A stretch of 63,412 nucleotides of DNA, counting the filler, from Sphacelaria rigidula (taxonomy: Eukaryota): NCBI GenBank assembly GCA_964200075.2. It is 11 parts of 11 records of this genome, joined end to end, with 100 filler letters (N's around TTAATTAATTAA, not from the genome) between each part and the next. Parts side by side here need not be neighbours in the genome. Positions count along the whole stretch, not along the records: positions 34,645 to 40,318 come from CAXNAA020025366.1; positions 40,419 to 46,092 come from CAXNAA020025367.1; positions 46,193 to 51,866 come from CAXNAA020025368.1; 8 more parts are not named here. One strand, given 5' to 3'. Every line of letters begins with the position of its first letter. The stretch's first letter is position 1. This document shows positions 37,601 to 50,547 of this stretch, piece after piece. The notes under the pieces are model-generated. The model was given only the letters and a program-made list of their open reading frames with translations. It searched no databases and was not told the origin of the DNA. A program made the translations under genes and the position numbers.

Positions 37601-40273
37601 CAAAATGCGACGACTTTGAGCTCGATGAATTTATCAAGTGTCCTAGAAGAATCCAAATCAGATACTTTGGATATTTCTATCTCTTCTGCGGACTACACTG
37701 AACAAGACGGGTCTACTTGAGACGTTGATCCCTGCCTTCCCAACACGGTCATATATGAAAATGACTAGCTGACCTGTGCTCACCCTGTGGACTACACATC
37801 ATCCACCAAACTTTCTGGTGAGAAAGTTGACCCCCCGGCGGATCACCCGCCCTCCGTTTTCGCCGTCAGCACTACTGATTCCGATCAATTTACCTTGGCC
37901 GAACACGGTTCGGAGCTTGTCAGCGGTAAAGTGTCTGTTGACCCTGCCACTTTTACTACTCGCGTAGCGCTCCATTGCGGACCATACGCACACACGACGG
38001 CCAAATGCGTCTCTTTGTTAGACAGCGGCAGCTTACAAACATTTATTAGTGAATTAATGGGGGAACATATGAAACAGATTGGCGCTGCTTCAGCAGCTTG
38101 CAGAATCACCACCAAACCTCGAATATGGGGCGGTTTTGGTGACTCCACCGCACCTTTGACCACACGAATATCAGCTCGTCTCAGTGTGCAATTCTTTCAC
38201 AACACAACTCGTTCTGCCAGCCTTGCAGTCTGGGCATATGTTGTCGCCGACAGCACCATGGCTCACGCCTTACCCATGAGCCGAGGTAGTTACATGCGGT
38301 TTGATTAACGCACCTACCGCACGCTACCAGCATTTTCGCCACAGTCTGCGCCTCGTGGAGAACTCAACCTTGAACATTTCGGTACTCTTCACCGCGCCTT
38401 GGCCTATAAAAAAATGAACAAGCTCCCGGAGCTGCTTACCACCTTCGATACGATGATACTACTGGTGTCACCCTCTCCGATGATCCTCAACTGCTAGAAG
38501 TTGCCTTAGTTCGCCGGAATGGCATGCCTGCCCTTACGGGACATTATCTCGCTAAAATGCTTCCTCGGGTTGGTGCGCCTGCCGGCACAGAACACTTCGT
38601 CTCCGCAGGGAAACAGCTTTTGCCACTCACGGGTAACGCTAGCTTGGAACCCGGAGATGTTTTGGGTATTGCTGCTGCTCCCCTCATGCACATTCCACTT
38701 GAGACATGTGCCACTGAACCCTCTACGCCCAACCCAGCGCCTCCGACAGACGGCTCTGTCAATTTCGTCGATGAGCCTTACTTCGATGTAACCTCTTCGT
38801 CTTCATCACGTATTCACGCCTTGGATCCTGCACCGTCAACGTCCGAACCTTCTGCTGAAGTGCTGCAACGCCTATCACCAGAATCTCGGACAAGTTTCTT
38901 GCACATGTGGGATCAAGTTCCACCCCAATTACGTGACATCAATTTCGACCTACATGGACCCGGTTGGGAACCCGCTGTAATCAAAGAATTTAGCGATGTT
39001 TTATTGGAGTACCAAGACAGATTTTCTCTATCCAAAATGGATCTGGGACATTGCAAAACGCTGCCCTTTGAAATCACCCTTCAACCTGGCGTTTCGCCAA
39101 TCTCTTCTCGACCATATCGGACGAACCCCTATCGGACGAACCCCATCCTTACCAGAAACATTAACGCCATTTTAGATGCGTACTTAGGTGCCGGATTAAT
39201 CCAACACTCCTCTTCTCCGTGGGCTTCACCGTTAGTGGTAGTTCCCAAAACAGATGGAGACATACGCATCACCGTGAATTATCAACGGTTAAATCGCGTT
39301 ACTGTAGTGGGAAAACTTCCCATTCCTCGCATAGATGAAGTCTTCGACTCTCTAGGCGAAGGCAAAATATTCAGTACCTTCGACCTTGCTTCTGGGTTTT
39401 TCCAGAACCCCATCCACCCTGATACAGTCCCACTGACAGCGTTCTGTACATCTTCTGGGCTCTACGAATGGCGCCGTATGCCACAAGGTGCCGCCACTGC
39501 ACCAGGTTGTTATCAACGCTTAATGCAACGCGTTACAGAGAATCTCGAACACGCCATCATGTACTTTGACGACGCTATCACATTCGATGCCTCTCCTCTT
39601 GCGCATGTGCGCACCTTGCGAGAGTTTCTTTCTCGCCTGCGGAAGCACGATTTGAAACTGTCTGCATTCAAACCTCGCCTTGGCGCGACTGACTTGGATT
39701 TTCTGGGACACTCAATTTCACCGGCGGGTCTACACCCCGAAACCAACGAAGTCAGAGCAATGGCTGAATTGCCGATGCCCACGAACATTACTCAGCTCCG
39801 CTCATTGCTGGGTGGACTATCCTACTGTCGCAATTTTTTGCGTAACCTGTCCAAGCGGATTCGCCCCATTACGGACTTGCTTAAGAAAGGCGCCGCGTTT
39901 GTCTTCACCAACGATATGGAAGCTATCTTGCGCGACTTACTGAAAACGCTCACTGAAAAACCAGTCCTTTGTTTCCCGGACTGGGATGCCGTACAAGACG
40001 GCTGTAGCCTCTTTCAACTACATACAGATCCGAGCATCGACGGGCTCGGCGCGGCCCTGGATCAGTCTCAACTCGATGGCTCTATTCGACCCATCCTCTA
40101 TATCAGTCGCGCCACCCTTCCAAACGAGGCCAACTGGAGTCCACTGGAGCTGGAAGGCGGAGTCATCACTTGGGCCATAAAATGCCTTCAACAATATTTG
40201 TTCTATGTGCCTTTCCAAATCCACACGGATCACGGAGCACTTGAACAACTCGCCAAAGTTGGCGAACATAACC
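34645..40273 (+). mobile_element. Ty3/gypsy element (gag with CCHC knuckle, protease, RT, RNase H), degenerate
   Basis: CINCNTEGHSMRDC zinc knuckle at ~36509-36550, LLDSGS protease at ~38015, and RT/RNase H in ORF 38524-40290. Cut at 40274 by a MITE. Confidence 0.93.
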
Positions 40274-40290
40274 GAGCAATGCTACGGTAG
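38524..40290 (+). CDS. Gypsy RT-RNase H open frame (588 aa; last codons come from the MITE)
   Basis: SPWASPLVVVPK, FSTFDLASGFFQ, MPQGA, YFDD, ELEGG, HTDH. Contains a 15-bp duplication (PYRTNPYRTNP). Confidence 0.88.
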   Translation: MPALTGHYLAKMLPRVGAPAGTEHFVSAGKQLLPLTGNASLEPGDVLGIAAAPLMHIPLETCATEPSTPNPAPPTDGSVNFVDEPYFDVTSSSSSRIHALDPAPSTSEPSAEVLQRLSPESRTSFLHMWDQVPPQLRDINFDLHGPGWEPAVIKEFSDVLLEYQDRFSLSKMDLGHCKTLPFEITLQPGVSPISSRPYRTNPYRTNPILTRNINAILDAYLGAGLIQHSSSPWASPLVVVPKTDGDIRITVNYQRLNRVTVVGKLPIPRIDEVFDSLGEGKIFSTFDLASGFFQNPIHPDTVPLTAFCTSSGLYEWRRMPQGAATAPGCYQRLMQRVTENLEHAIMYFDDAITFDASPLAHVRTLREFLSRLRKHDLKLSAFKPRLGATDLDFLGHSISPAGLHPETNEVRAMAELPMPTNITQLRSLLGGLSYCRNFLRNLSKRIRPITDLLKKGAAFVFTNDMEAILRDLLKTLTEKPVLCFPDWDAVQDGCSLFQLHTDPSIDGLGAALDQSQLDGSIRPILYISRATLPNEANWSPLELEGGVITWAIKCLQQYLFYVPFQIHTDHGALEQLAKVGEHNRAMLR

Positions 40291-40318
40291 GGGTGCACTT
40301 TTTTCGCAAAAATTTGTC
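40274..40318. mobile_element. End of MITE family A inserted in gypsy RNase H
   Basis: GAGCAATGCTACGGTAGGGGTGCACTTTTTTCGC is the reverse complement of the right end of 20508-20764. Confidence 0.9.
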
Positions 40319-40418
40319 NNNNNNNNNNNNNNNNNNNNNNNNNNNNNNNNNNNNNNNNNNNNTTAATTAATTAANNNNNNNNNNNNNNNNNNNNNNNNNN
40401 NNNNNNNNNNNNNNNNNN

Positions 40419-40486
40419 TTTTGTGGATTTGTTTTTTGGGGCCGTTGTCGGTGGTTTTGGGGGGGGGGGTATCGTAGAAAGTGTCT
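40419..40486. mobile_element. End of MITE family C
   Basis: GGGGTATCGTAGAAAGTGTCTG is the reverse complement of the family C left end. Followed by a (CTG)n tract. Confidence 0.7.
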
Positions 40487-42049
40487 GCTGCTGCTGCTGC
40501 TGCTGCTGCTGTTTCTACCGTGCCTTCTACTACCCTGGTTTGCTGTTGTTGTCCCGCTTGTTGTGTTGGTTTTGCCTCTACCGCCTACTGTCGGCTGTAC
40601 TTTTCTCGCTTGCTATCGTATCGCATGTTGTCATGTGCACGCGTATTTTCCGCCCTCATGTTCTTTTTGAACCTTGCTTCGATCTGATGGCACAGTTTCT
40701 GTTTTGTCATTGTCGCCTGCATTGTATCACCTTCGCCTGACCTACACCTGTTCCGCCATACTATCATCGCTGTACCTAACCAACAATGATCGTGTTCTAG
40801 GCCTTCTCCATACTATTTCGGTAGTTTTGTTGCATATTGAATTGGGACAATCAACCCACCATGATCAGTATGTATTTTGCATTTTTATTGTGGCCATGGG
40901 GATTTGTGAAATGTACGTGCGGTAAAGCTTTCATTTTTTTCGGTCTTGATTGATTTTCTTTCATCATGCACTCAATATTTTCTGCATTTCCGGGTGTCGT
41001 GTCTACCATAACTTTCTTTTGAGCCACCCGACTGTATTGCGTGTTTTATAATTTTGCGCCGCCGTCGTCTTGATCTGTAGAGCTGCACGATTTTTCATTT
41101 CATGTTTAGGTAATTTTGTTTTTGGCAATCGTGATGGTTTTTTTTTACCGTGCGGGTGTAGGCTATCTGCAGGGCCTTGTCGGTTGCGCTGCCTGTACTC
41201 ATCATGGTTCAGCAGGATTCCGCTTGTAATCGTTTCATTTATCTGGTTCGCCAGGCCGAAACGTCGAGTTTACCGCCCGGCACACGACATTTCGATCTGC
41301 GTCACGTGGTATACAACCGAGCCATACTTTCACGGACTCCAAGACTTTCAACGCATACTAACCGTGCCCTCTATTACTTCCTCCCTTGTTTCACGTACAC
41401 TCTTGCCTTGGGTGTGTCACATCCCGATGAGGGAACCGGCGCTGGACGTGATTGCTTTGGGGAGGACACGCAGGAAACACTGAACGGTTTGCTCATGACG
41501 GTATGTTCCGGCGTGGAGTGTCAGCAATCTGGCTTGGTTTAGCTAATCCCGTGTACCTTTTTATTGGATTCTGGTGGCAGGGTTATTGCCTTGGTGTCAC
41601 TTGACATGATCTCCATTTTTACCCCACTCTGGTGATCGATTGTATGGTTTGCTATTCAACAGGTTGACTTCTTGACGCACCCTGTGCCGTAGTTGATTAC
41701 TATCTTGTCCCTTCCTGATACCGTAGTTGGATACTACTTTGTTCAGTTGCTTTAAACTTGGCTTTCGATACCATGCCACCACAAGTATTTCCATGCAATG
41801 TCTTGTCATTACTTATGCAGTAGGGAGACTTAGTTTCCCTGCTTTATCTTTTTGCCCTTCATGCCCAGCGTACCATGCAAGTTGACTACACGACTACAGA
41901 TCGTGTCTTTGACAGTTCTCACAGACCCTACATATAGTTTTCAGATACCCATTCCGCTGAAGTGGTCGCTGAAACCCCTTGGGGGGGGCGAAGCACGAGT
42001 TCCATATTTTTTGCTGATTGTTGTCTCGCGTGCACACCCTTTGCCACAA

Positions 42050-44090
42050 AACAACGCGGCCTCTCACCATAAGAACGCCGCATGATCAGAGAAGAAATGC
42101 ACAAGCTTCTTGACCGAGATGTTGCTCACCCAACTTTCCCCGGCAAAGTTTGTCGACTACACGATTTTATGTTTGGTGAAATTTGCCAAATTCGCCAAAT
42201 GCATCTTTACTGCAGGGTCTCACAAGTTCCTTGGCCTGTTGATCGATAGTACCGGCATACAACCAGCCCCCTCCAAACGCAACGCAATTGCTCAGATGTC
42301 ACGTCCGTACAGTCGAAAAACTACGTTCGTTTCTAGACCCACCGGGTACCTTGGACAGTTTGTCCAGGAGCGTAGCATTCTATTCGCCCCGCTGACCGAT
42401 GTTCTAAATAAGTAGTAAAGCCAACAGTATTGCTACACGATGTAGGTACAAGCGCGCTCTCCTTTTGCTGTCAAACTTATGTGTCGTACAACTGCATCAA
42501 GACTTCACTACCACAATCCGCTCGTCTCATGGCGGCTCAGCCAGGATATGGCATACGAACTAGAGACTCGCCTAGTGACCATCAATGGACGACTCATGCG
42601 TGTGAGGTCACGTTTCTTGTCATTTCTGTGTTTTTTCTCCGTATATTTAGTACAACCTACCTCATTATTATATTTTTATTCAGCATGCGTTGTCTATTTT
42701 TATTTTCGCCATGATTATGTCTACAGTTTTACAGGATTCGAGAACCTAGGGAGACGGCTACTGAAAAGGTTACAGAATTGTACAAATCTTGGCCCCAGAC
42801 AGAGTACGTTTCACGCACACTCTTGCGCAATCGTACCCTACCCGACGACCCGACGCCATGCTACCGTCTGACACGTTTCTCTTCAAGCTCTGTACTAGCC
42901 ATAAACATTACACACGTACCACCGCTGTCTCAATAGCAAGAAGTTCCTTCCATATCCGCCCACCCCATCCGAAACACCTCATACCCGAAGTGTTTGCGTC
43001 CCACCTAGGGGGGAACCAAAGTGGAACGCCACACCCACATTCCATCTGACCCCTGAATTTGTCCCCGTATTGGACTGCATTGCCTGTATCTATCACCATG
43101 TTGGATTGTCGAGAACTCTAAGTTGTTTCAGGCACTGACGGGTGGGGAAAAGGGAACGACTTTGAAGGGGGGGGGGGGGGGGGGGGGAGGGGGGGGGGGG
43201 GGGGGGGGGGGGGCGTACTCATTTGTTTCGAGCATCCAAGTAATCCCTCTAGCTGCTGTAATCTGCACTGTTCCCAACTCCTTCACCAAAAGGGGGGGCG
43301 TTCTCATTTGTTTCGAGCATCCAAGTAATTCCCCTAGCTACTGTCATCTGTACTGTTCCTAACTCCTTCACCAACTTCACTGCATCCAAGTACTCTCTGA
43401 GCTGTTGCAATCTGTACTGTTCCCAACTTGTTCACTCATTTTATTGCATCCAAGTATTCTTTTACCAGCTGCCATTTGCACCGTTTCCGCATCAAAGTAA
43501 TATTTTAGCTGCTGCCAGCTGCCCTGGTTCCAATTTCTCAAGCAACTTTACCCCTTGCTTTGCAATGTCTAATGCTAGTATCAGATCGTCAAAGAATGCC
43601 TCGATTAGAGAGGGTGACAACGTACATCCTGGTGCGACTCCTTGCAAAATATCGAAATATTTCGATATTTCCCTGTCTAGCATCATCGCACTTTTGCGCA
43701 TTTCTGTCGTCTTCATCGTCCACACCTTTCCTTTGATCACAGTTCCTCATATATTTTCCCACAGCCCATTGCCCCATACTGCGTCATGAGCCTTTTGCAC
43801 CTGTATCACCCCACAGTTTCTTCGACCCCGCCATCGCACTCGAAGCACCTCACTTCCCCACGTAGTGATGCCTTGAAGCTTTTGCCCATAGGTGCTACCT
43901 CCTGGAAAGGCTATAGCAGTGCCGAGCTGAAGCACCACGCGTATGATTATGGGAATATCTTTCGGCGAGTGCGATACGAAGATGGAGACTGGAAAGAGCT
44001 ATCTCGCCGGGAACTTAAGCGCCCCAAGCTGGAACGGAGGAACCAAAGAGACTGGAGCCATGGACGTTTACGAATAGCTATTGTGTGATG
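42050..44090 (+). mobile_element. Highly decayed gypsy pol remnants, interrupted by a LINE fragment
   Basis: KFLGLLIDSTGIQPAPSK...IAQM (RT thumb) at ~42220-42300. C-terminal YDYGNIFRRVRYEDGDWKELSRREL at ~43940-44020. Confidence 0.6.
43215..43810 (-). mobile_element. LINE (non-LTR) RT fragment with tandemly amplified 3' segment
   Basis: QVQKAHDAVWGNGLWE and KYFDILQGVAPGCTLSPSLIEAFFDDL. About 4 diverged copies of a 60-80-bp unit encode VKELGTVQMTxA-like sequence. Confidence 0.85.
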
Positions 44091-44599
44091 TGATATATGA
44101 TGTTATTGCGAGAGAAATGCGGTGATGAGATAAGGGAATGAGTAACTATATAAGGCTGCTGCCGTACGCTTCAGTAATCAATTTCGAGTGTTGTTGTCCT
44201 TTTCTTTTGTCGCTTTGTTATTGATTGCTCCCCATTTGGCAACATACGAGCAGATGTGTAAGCCAAGGCGCGTGGGCTCTATCTCCAGTAGAATAGGTGT
44301 CAGTAGTTACAGAAGAGCACCCCGCAAATGCTGCACTCCTGTAACTATTGATCAGTTCGTGAAAAGGTTGTTTTTAGCGAGGTTCAAGCCCCGCACTACC
44401 CCAGAATCCAGTGTAACTGATCCGGGGTGTCGACGCGCGATCAAGCTCACTAGCCGATCGTTCTCCAGTCTAACTGAGATCCCGGGAAAACGACAGCGAC
44501 CGTGCTTGTCTGTTGTTTCTGTCGTGGGAAAGGGCGTTATAGTTTTTTTCCTTTCCTAACGGATGGAGTTTCCCCCTGCTTATCAGGGTTCACCCATTC

Positions 44600-45380
44600 A
44601 TTTGATCTGCAACGAGGTTTCCCCTGTACTGTAATTCAGCAGGTTTTTCTCGTTTACTTTCAGGCGTATGATGCACAGGCTTTGTTTTTGTTCTGGCCCT
44701 TCCAGCCCTCCAATAAATATGTGTTTAGCCATATAAATACGGCTAGGGGGATGTTACAGATTTATTGGTCATTTTCCAGTCGACTAGGTTCCATGTGTCA
44801 TACTTTGTCATGCTTGGTATCTGATGGGTCATACTACATTGTTTGGTAGAATCTGGCCGTGTGCCCCCCTGTGTGCCCTCACGTGTCACAGCGTTTTGGA
44901 CTATGCATCTCCACTAGCAAAGCACAAGTTAGCCTGTACGCCTATCATACAAGAGTATCTACGCCATCACGGACTGCGATCTCAGAGGATTCTCTGGTCT
45001 TCACTAAATGTAAGCCTGACCTCCATGCAAGACTTGTTGTTCTGGCGTTCGAGCGGCTCATCGGGTATATGCAGTCCGACGCTGCGAACATGACTGGCTC
45101 TGCACTCGATAACGTCGAGCTCAATGGATCCCATATTCATGATCATGTTTGAGCCCGCTAGCCCAGGTGCCCACTGAACTGGCACCATTCCCAGCTAGGC
45201 GGTGAGTATCGAACCATGACATATACACTGCCTCATGGGCGTCTCACCACTTGAATACCACGTAGTGGTCCTTTCTTATCGAAAGTCTTCTTTTTAAAAA
45301 TCTTTTTCGACATCGCCTTTTGAAAGGAGATTGCCCCCAAAACGACCAGTTTTGAATCCTATCAAGAACAGTTTTGTACA
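44600..45380 (-). mobile_element. Decayed gypsy RNase H/integrase remnant; homolog at 63240-63412
   Basis: 45300-45370 aligns with 63340-63412 (CCTTTTGA..GG..ATTG.CCC.A.AACGACCAG...GA.TCCTATC). Minus-strand IRKDH / VKTDP resemble the RNase H TDH motif. Confidence 0.5.
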
Positions 45381-46203
45381 GATCGAACCCCAGATCTGCA
45401 CGTGGGTTCAGAAAGTGATCAAGGAACATGGACAGAAAACGAACGGTGTGATCGGCTTTGCGACGTTCGTATATTTACTTCTGCCCGTTGCCCGCTCTGT
45501 CACGATGACCTCGGATGCCGGCCAGGCTCACACACATATATGCGACTTTTGAGCGCACGGTAGCGACAGCCTATAGCCAGAGTAGCAACAAATATCTCAT
45601 GCCGTGCAACACTCGCTCCCGCTGCTGGCAGGTACTCGAGGCACTCGATACGGAACCGGTGCCCTGTTTGAAGACACCCTTCACCCCTTGACATTCAAAA
45701 CAAACAGTGTCATGGACGAGGCAGAATCGGTTGTACTTCCACCTTGACTGTTGTCAAGTTAGGGAGAACCATCTGATGCGAAATTGCCGGTGACGGGTTC
45801 AGCACCTGCACCACGACTGACCACGCCACTCATGGTGTAGAGTTGCGTGTAACCCTGAGCGCACCGTTTCACTGATGTGCTGTGTGGCGTGCGGTCTATT
45901 GTGTGCTGCTGCTGCCATGCGTGGACAATACAGTGTGCATCTGCTGTAGCCGTGTATCGTCGACTTGAGTAGGTCCATTATTTGCTCCCACTCGCCCTAG
46001 GCAAAAAGATGGCGTTATACGGGCTGTTTGGGTTATGTGTATATTGGTGGTATGCTCCTTGCACTCTGTGACCACGGGTTCGAGAGATCGAGNNNNNNNN
46101 NNNNNNNNNNNNNNNNNNNNNNNNNNNNNNNNNNNNTTAATTAATTAANNNNNNNNNNNNNNNNNNNNNNNNNNNNNNNNNNNNNNNNNNNNTTGGCCTG
46201 CCT

Positions 46204-46460
46204 GTGTCATTCTCCGATAGGGGGGGGGGGGGATGTTTGATTCCACCAAAAATGGGCTCATCGGTGCGTCAAACGACCTAAGACGCTTGTGGTGCGCTTG
46301 TATTTGGGTAAAAGCGGTGTCATGCAGTATGAATGAACGCTATTTATCGAGAGCAAGCGCGTTCGAACAATCGTTGGCTCTGCTTTTAACGACGAATGAA
46401 GTGAACTCTCGTGGAAGAAAGCAGCCCGAAACCCCCCCCCCCCCTATCGTAGCATGACTC
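46204..46460. mobile_element. GAG-terminal MITE family B (257 bp), 4-bp TSD GCCT
   Basis: GTGTCATTCTCCGATAGGGG / CCCCTATCGTAGCATGACTC. GCCT at 46200-46203 and 46461-46464. Confidence 0.88.
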
Positions 46461-46744
46461 GCCTGGTTTGGCCAAAAACAAAAGTAAGTTCGGCCAGCGG
46501 GGAACGCAAGAGTTGCCCTAGAACGGTCTCAACGAGTAGAGCAAGTCATTCCAAGGCATCAACATCTGCCTAGCCCTCTTTTCCGGCGTAAATCGACGGA
46601 GAAGGGCCCAAGAGGCAGTTTTAAGCAGGAATTTTGAACGGCTTCCTGTAGAGTTGGCCTAAGACACGCCCTTAGGCTACTTCTCATGTATCGAAAAAAC
46701 TCTTTCAGAAAACGCGTTTTCTGATGAAAACTTTTCTGATAATA

Positions 46745-46808
46745 TTTTTCGATCGCCCAAGGTTATCAGAAAATCACGATTTTCTGATAACCTTGGGCGA
46801 TCGAAAAA
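46745..46808. repeat. Perfect 31-bp-arm inverted repeat, 2-nt loop
   Basis: TTTTTCGATCGCCCAAGGTTATCAGAAAATC-AC-GATTTTCTGATAACCTTGGGCGATCGAAAAA. Confidence 0.97.
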
Positions 46809-49713
46809 CGTTATTGAAAAAGCGTTTGAACCTCGTTTGAACACGTTTGAACACACGTCACAGCCCGCTACAGCACCTGTGATGGCTTGGCTGCCATCAC
46901 TACTACTGCTGTCGCCAGTGCTCGCGGGCATTCAGCGTGTTGCATCATCGTCCTTCGCTCGCCAGTAGCGTGGTGGCACTTTATCCAACGAGAACAGCAG
47001 AGGGCAGGGTCGATGACGACTGCTGTACAGACAGGACAGTCTGTGATGTATGTCGTCCGTACAATATTGTAGCTCAGTTCAAGTCTGTGCACGCAGCATG
47101 TTGCGAAGAGCCGTCGCAATGCTTTTCAGACTGCCCACGCACCCAAGCCTTGTAGAGACAGGACCGGACTGACAGTACACACAAGACTATGAGATAGGTA
47201 CAGTAGTGGGCGGTCTAACTATTCATTGTGTGGCATTTTGTGATTTTTTCGTGATTGGCGATTTTCGTGGGCTCTATTCGCTTGCCACCGCTCACCACAT
47301 CGGGGATCTGAAGATATTGGTGTCCGCTCCACATTCCAAGGAGAAAAAATCATCTGTACTCGATATTGAGTGACTTACGGGCTGACCAGTCATCGGGGGT
47401 CCTGCCACGTTTCAGCCCAGATTCTTACTGTTCTATATTTTCGATCGATCGAGCCCGTCCTGATCATATTTTTCAAGAAGTGTACAGTTTCATTTTTTTG
47501 AAATTCTGCCTACTCATTGCACTAGGGCCGAAAAATTGTGTTTCACGGTCAATAACATCCTCCCGATCGAAGGTCTGCAAAACGTTGCAGTACCGTTGGG
47601 AAGAAGCGAAGCAAAGGGTACCAGCGTTTTGTTTGGCATGTATTCGAGGAACTTCAATGATTGGCATCTCGGAACCGTTTGGATGTGGGATGTGGGGGGT
47701 AGGTGGGAAGCCCACGTATATATATATATATTTATCTTGGCTTCCCATTCGGTTTTTTGTGTGTTTTGGTTCTGTACTTTCTCCGGCTACTTAATTCTTC
47801 TCGTATACTCCAGTATTTGAACCAATTTCTACCCCTTTTGCGTGTTTCCTTTCTTGCACCTTGTTTCCTGGGTTGTACCCATATCGCGACTTCGGCTAGA
47901 TTAGAAGCGGATCGAGTCATGCGAGACAATCAATCTAACACTCATTCATCAATAAACTGTCTGCTTTTCGTTTGTCGTTGTCCTTGGACACGAGTCCCTC
48001 GACATGGGACAGGCGACGAGTGTACAGATCATGCGGTTTCGTGACCTCTCATTTCGAGTGTGATGACGACATGCATCTGCATCGACCTTCGCAGGATGCG
48101 TACAACGTACACTAATGGTGCCAGATCGTGACGGATATTCGACTCAGCGCGTTGCCTGTCATATGTCTTGTCTACACGGCAGTGAGGGAGCGGCATCTAG
48201 CACGAGACGCAGTACATGTAATGCGCAATGATATACAATCATGCACCGTGTACGACAACAAGAAAATACGTCATCCAAGCGCCGTAATGCAGGCAGCAGG
48301 TAGTATTTATTTCTCATGCATATACCATGCATATAGTGATCGGTGGGTCTGTATTCGGTCGAAAATGGCATCCTTGCCGAATATAACGAGCATAATGTTT
48401 TTGGAAATGCGAGCATAAGTGCGGGCATAACTTCCGCTTTACGAGCATAATTGTTGGTGAGATTACTAGCAGAAAAAAATGACCTTACTAGCATAATAAT
48501 TCATTAAGTAAAAGCCTACATGGCGTGCAGTAGACTACGGGAGGGTACCGTACACACCAGCGCTGTGCAGTACAACGGGAGACCGCGGTGAACCGTGCAT
48601 GACAATTTCCACTACAGTCAGGTAACCAACAACACAACACGCAACGGCAGATGGCGGTAACAGTGTATCTTGTGTCGTCTTTCCCAATGCTCGCTGCACT
48701 GGACTACGGGCGACAGTATACAGTGCGGAATTGCACTGGAGACCACGGTAGTTTTGTACAGTAACACATGAGAGCAGGAGGGTACCGCACATGACAGATT
48801 TTCATACTGAAATTTATGTCGAGTTTTCACATTTGAAGGCGGCGCAATGGGCTTTACAAGGCATGCATGCACAAACTCGTCCCGTGTAACGTGGTCCCAA
48901 AAGCAAATGACTTAATTCTTTTTCACATGGATTGCATACATTATGCACTAGGCGACACGCATCCTCTTGGCTAATAGCCCAGAGCGTGGCCGCAACCTGC
49001 CGGCCTTGCATTGTGCACACACTGCACCAATGAAGAGCAACACTATTCAGACCACACCACGGGGGGAATCATCAACTTTCCAGCCAGAAATCCGCAGCAA
49101 CGATCCCTTCTTGAGCAAAGCTTGCCACCGGTGCCGCGCGCTCCGCCGGTACTCCTATTTGTCGGACCCGCCGCTCGTGTGAATTGTGTCTACTTTGCGG
49201 GTGATATCAGCTGAATGCTTGTCGAATGGTTTTCCTATGCAGGCATTCCGGTGGTGATTTTTATTTTATTTTTATGCAGGACTGATACGGAGTCATGCAG
49301 AATATGAGCTGCTCATTTTCAACAAGGAGCCTCATCTACACGCGAGTGCAATCTGGGTACTACTGTACTTTCGTTTGTTTGTTTTTTTGCAGACAGGCTT
49401 GAGGCGTACATGTTTCATATTTGGGAGTAGTGCTTCGGAGCAAAATACAGCGGTACTGCAGAAAGACGGGGTGCTTGAGTACAGATGCAGCAGGTTGAGC
49501 TCAAGTATCGAACACAAGACTACTATGCTGCTGTGGGCTTGCGTATATTCTACCTGAAAAAATCAACTAATCAAGTTAGTTGATTTAATTGACGTGTTGT
49601 TGACTAGTTGATTACGATTAATCTACTAGTATTCATGACGAAATCAAGCCGATTTGGAAGAAAAGTTCAAGTACAACAGGAGCAAAAACCACCCCTGAAA
49701 CTAGTTGATATAC

Positions 49714-49923
49714 TGTGATGCGTGGGAGGACCGCGTGCTGAGAGGACCGCATCGGAATTTGAAGATCCCTATCGTTAGGGCTAGGGTGAGGGTTAGTGTT
49801 GGGGTTACGGTCAGGGGCGTGGTACCTCCAGGAACTGACCCGATTGGTTTTGAAAAACGTCGATCCTGAGGTGTTTGAACTACGGCGCGGTCCTCTAAGC
49901 ACGCGGTCCTCTCACGCATTACA
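49714..49923 (+). mobile_element. TGT...ACA MITE (210 bp, ~37-bp TIR, TSD ATAC) with TTAGGG-like core
   Basis: TIR TGTGATGCGTGGGAGGACCGCGTGC... / ...GCACGCGGTCCTCTCACGCATTACA. ATAC on both sides. Confidence 0.92.
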
Positions 49924-50547
49924 ATACAACCCTAGTTTGAGGGTTATAAGCTCACTTGCATGCCGTGCAGCAGAAGGAAGAAGCCCACACTTTTCCCGGG
50001 CGACACATATTTTGCCAACACGGAATATACTGTAGTGCGACATTCAGGCTTTTCTTACCCCTGTCGGGATCGGAGTGGACTGAACACTGGTGAAGGCCCA
50101 TTTTTTTTAAATCGTCATCACATTCATGTGCGAACGACTGAAAATGATGCCGAATCGCAAATGGACCCTGCGCGCAGACCAGGTCCTCGCCCCTGGTTAG
50201 TGAGATAACGGATCGGAAAGGGTTGACCAAGCTTGGGTTGACCCTTACTCCATCCTCCATCTAGATCCTGCATAATTTTTTCGAGTGAAATTGATCCCGA
50301 TTCCACAGATGGCCTGCTAGTCTCGCTGTCTGAGGGTTACAGCTTGAATTGTCGGCTTTCTATTATAGCACGAAAACACGCGTGGACGCAGAGGATTCCA
50401 GTCGCGATGAAAACTTTGTTCCACTCGGAGAGTTCACCACTTGGGCTCACCTCCACATGTGGGCAATGTTCATCGTCCGTTCCGGCGCCGGTCACTCGCT
50501 TCACCTACCCATTTTTAACGCTCTGTTTGAACCGGCGATTTGTACAA

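Noticed and set aside
44085..44243. LTR of the decayed gypsy
   Set aside because: It has TG...CAACA ends and a TATA-like motif, but no clear PPT or second copy, so the boundaries are unsupported.
49952..50306. Minus-strand coding exon
   Set aside because: Splice-like signals exist, but no frame is recognisable or clearly preferred.
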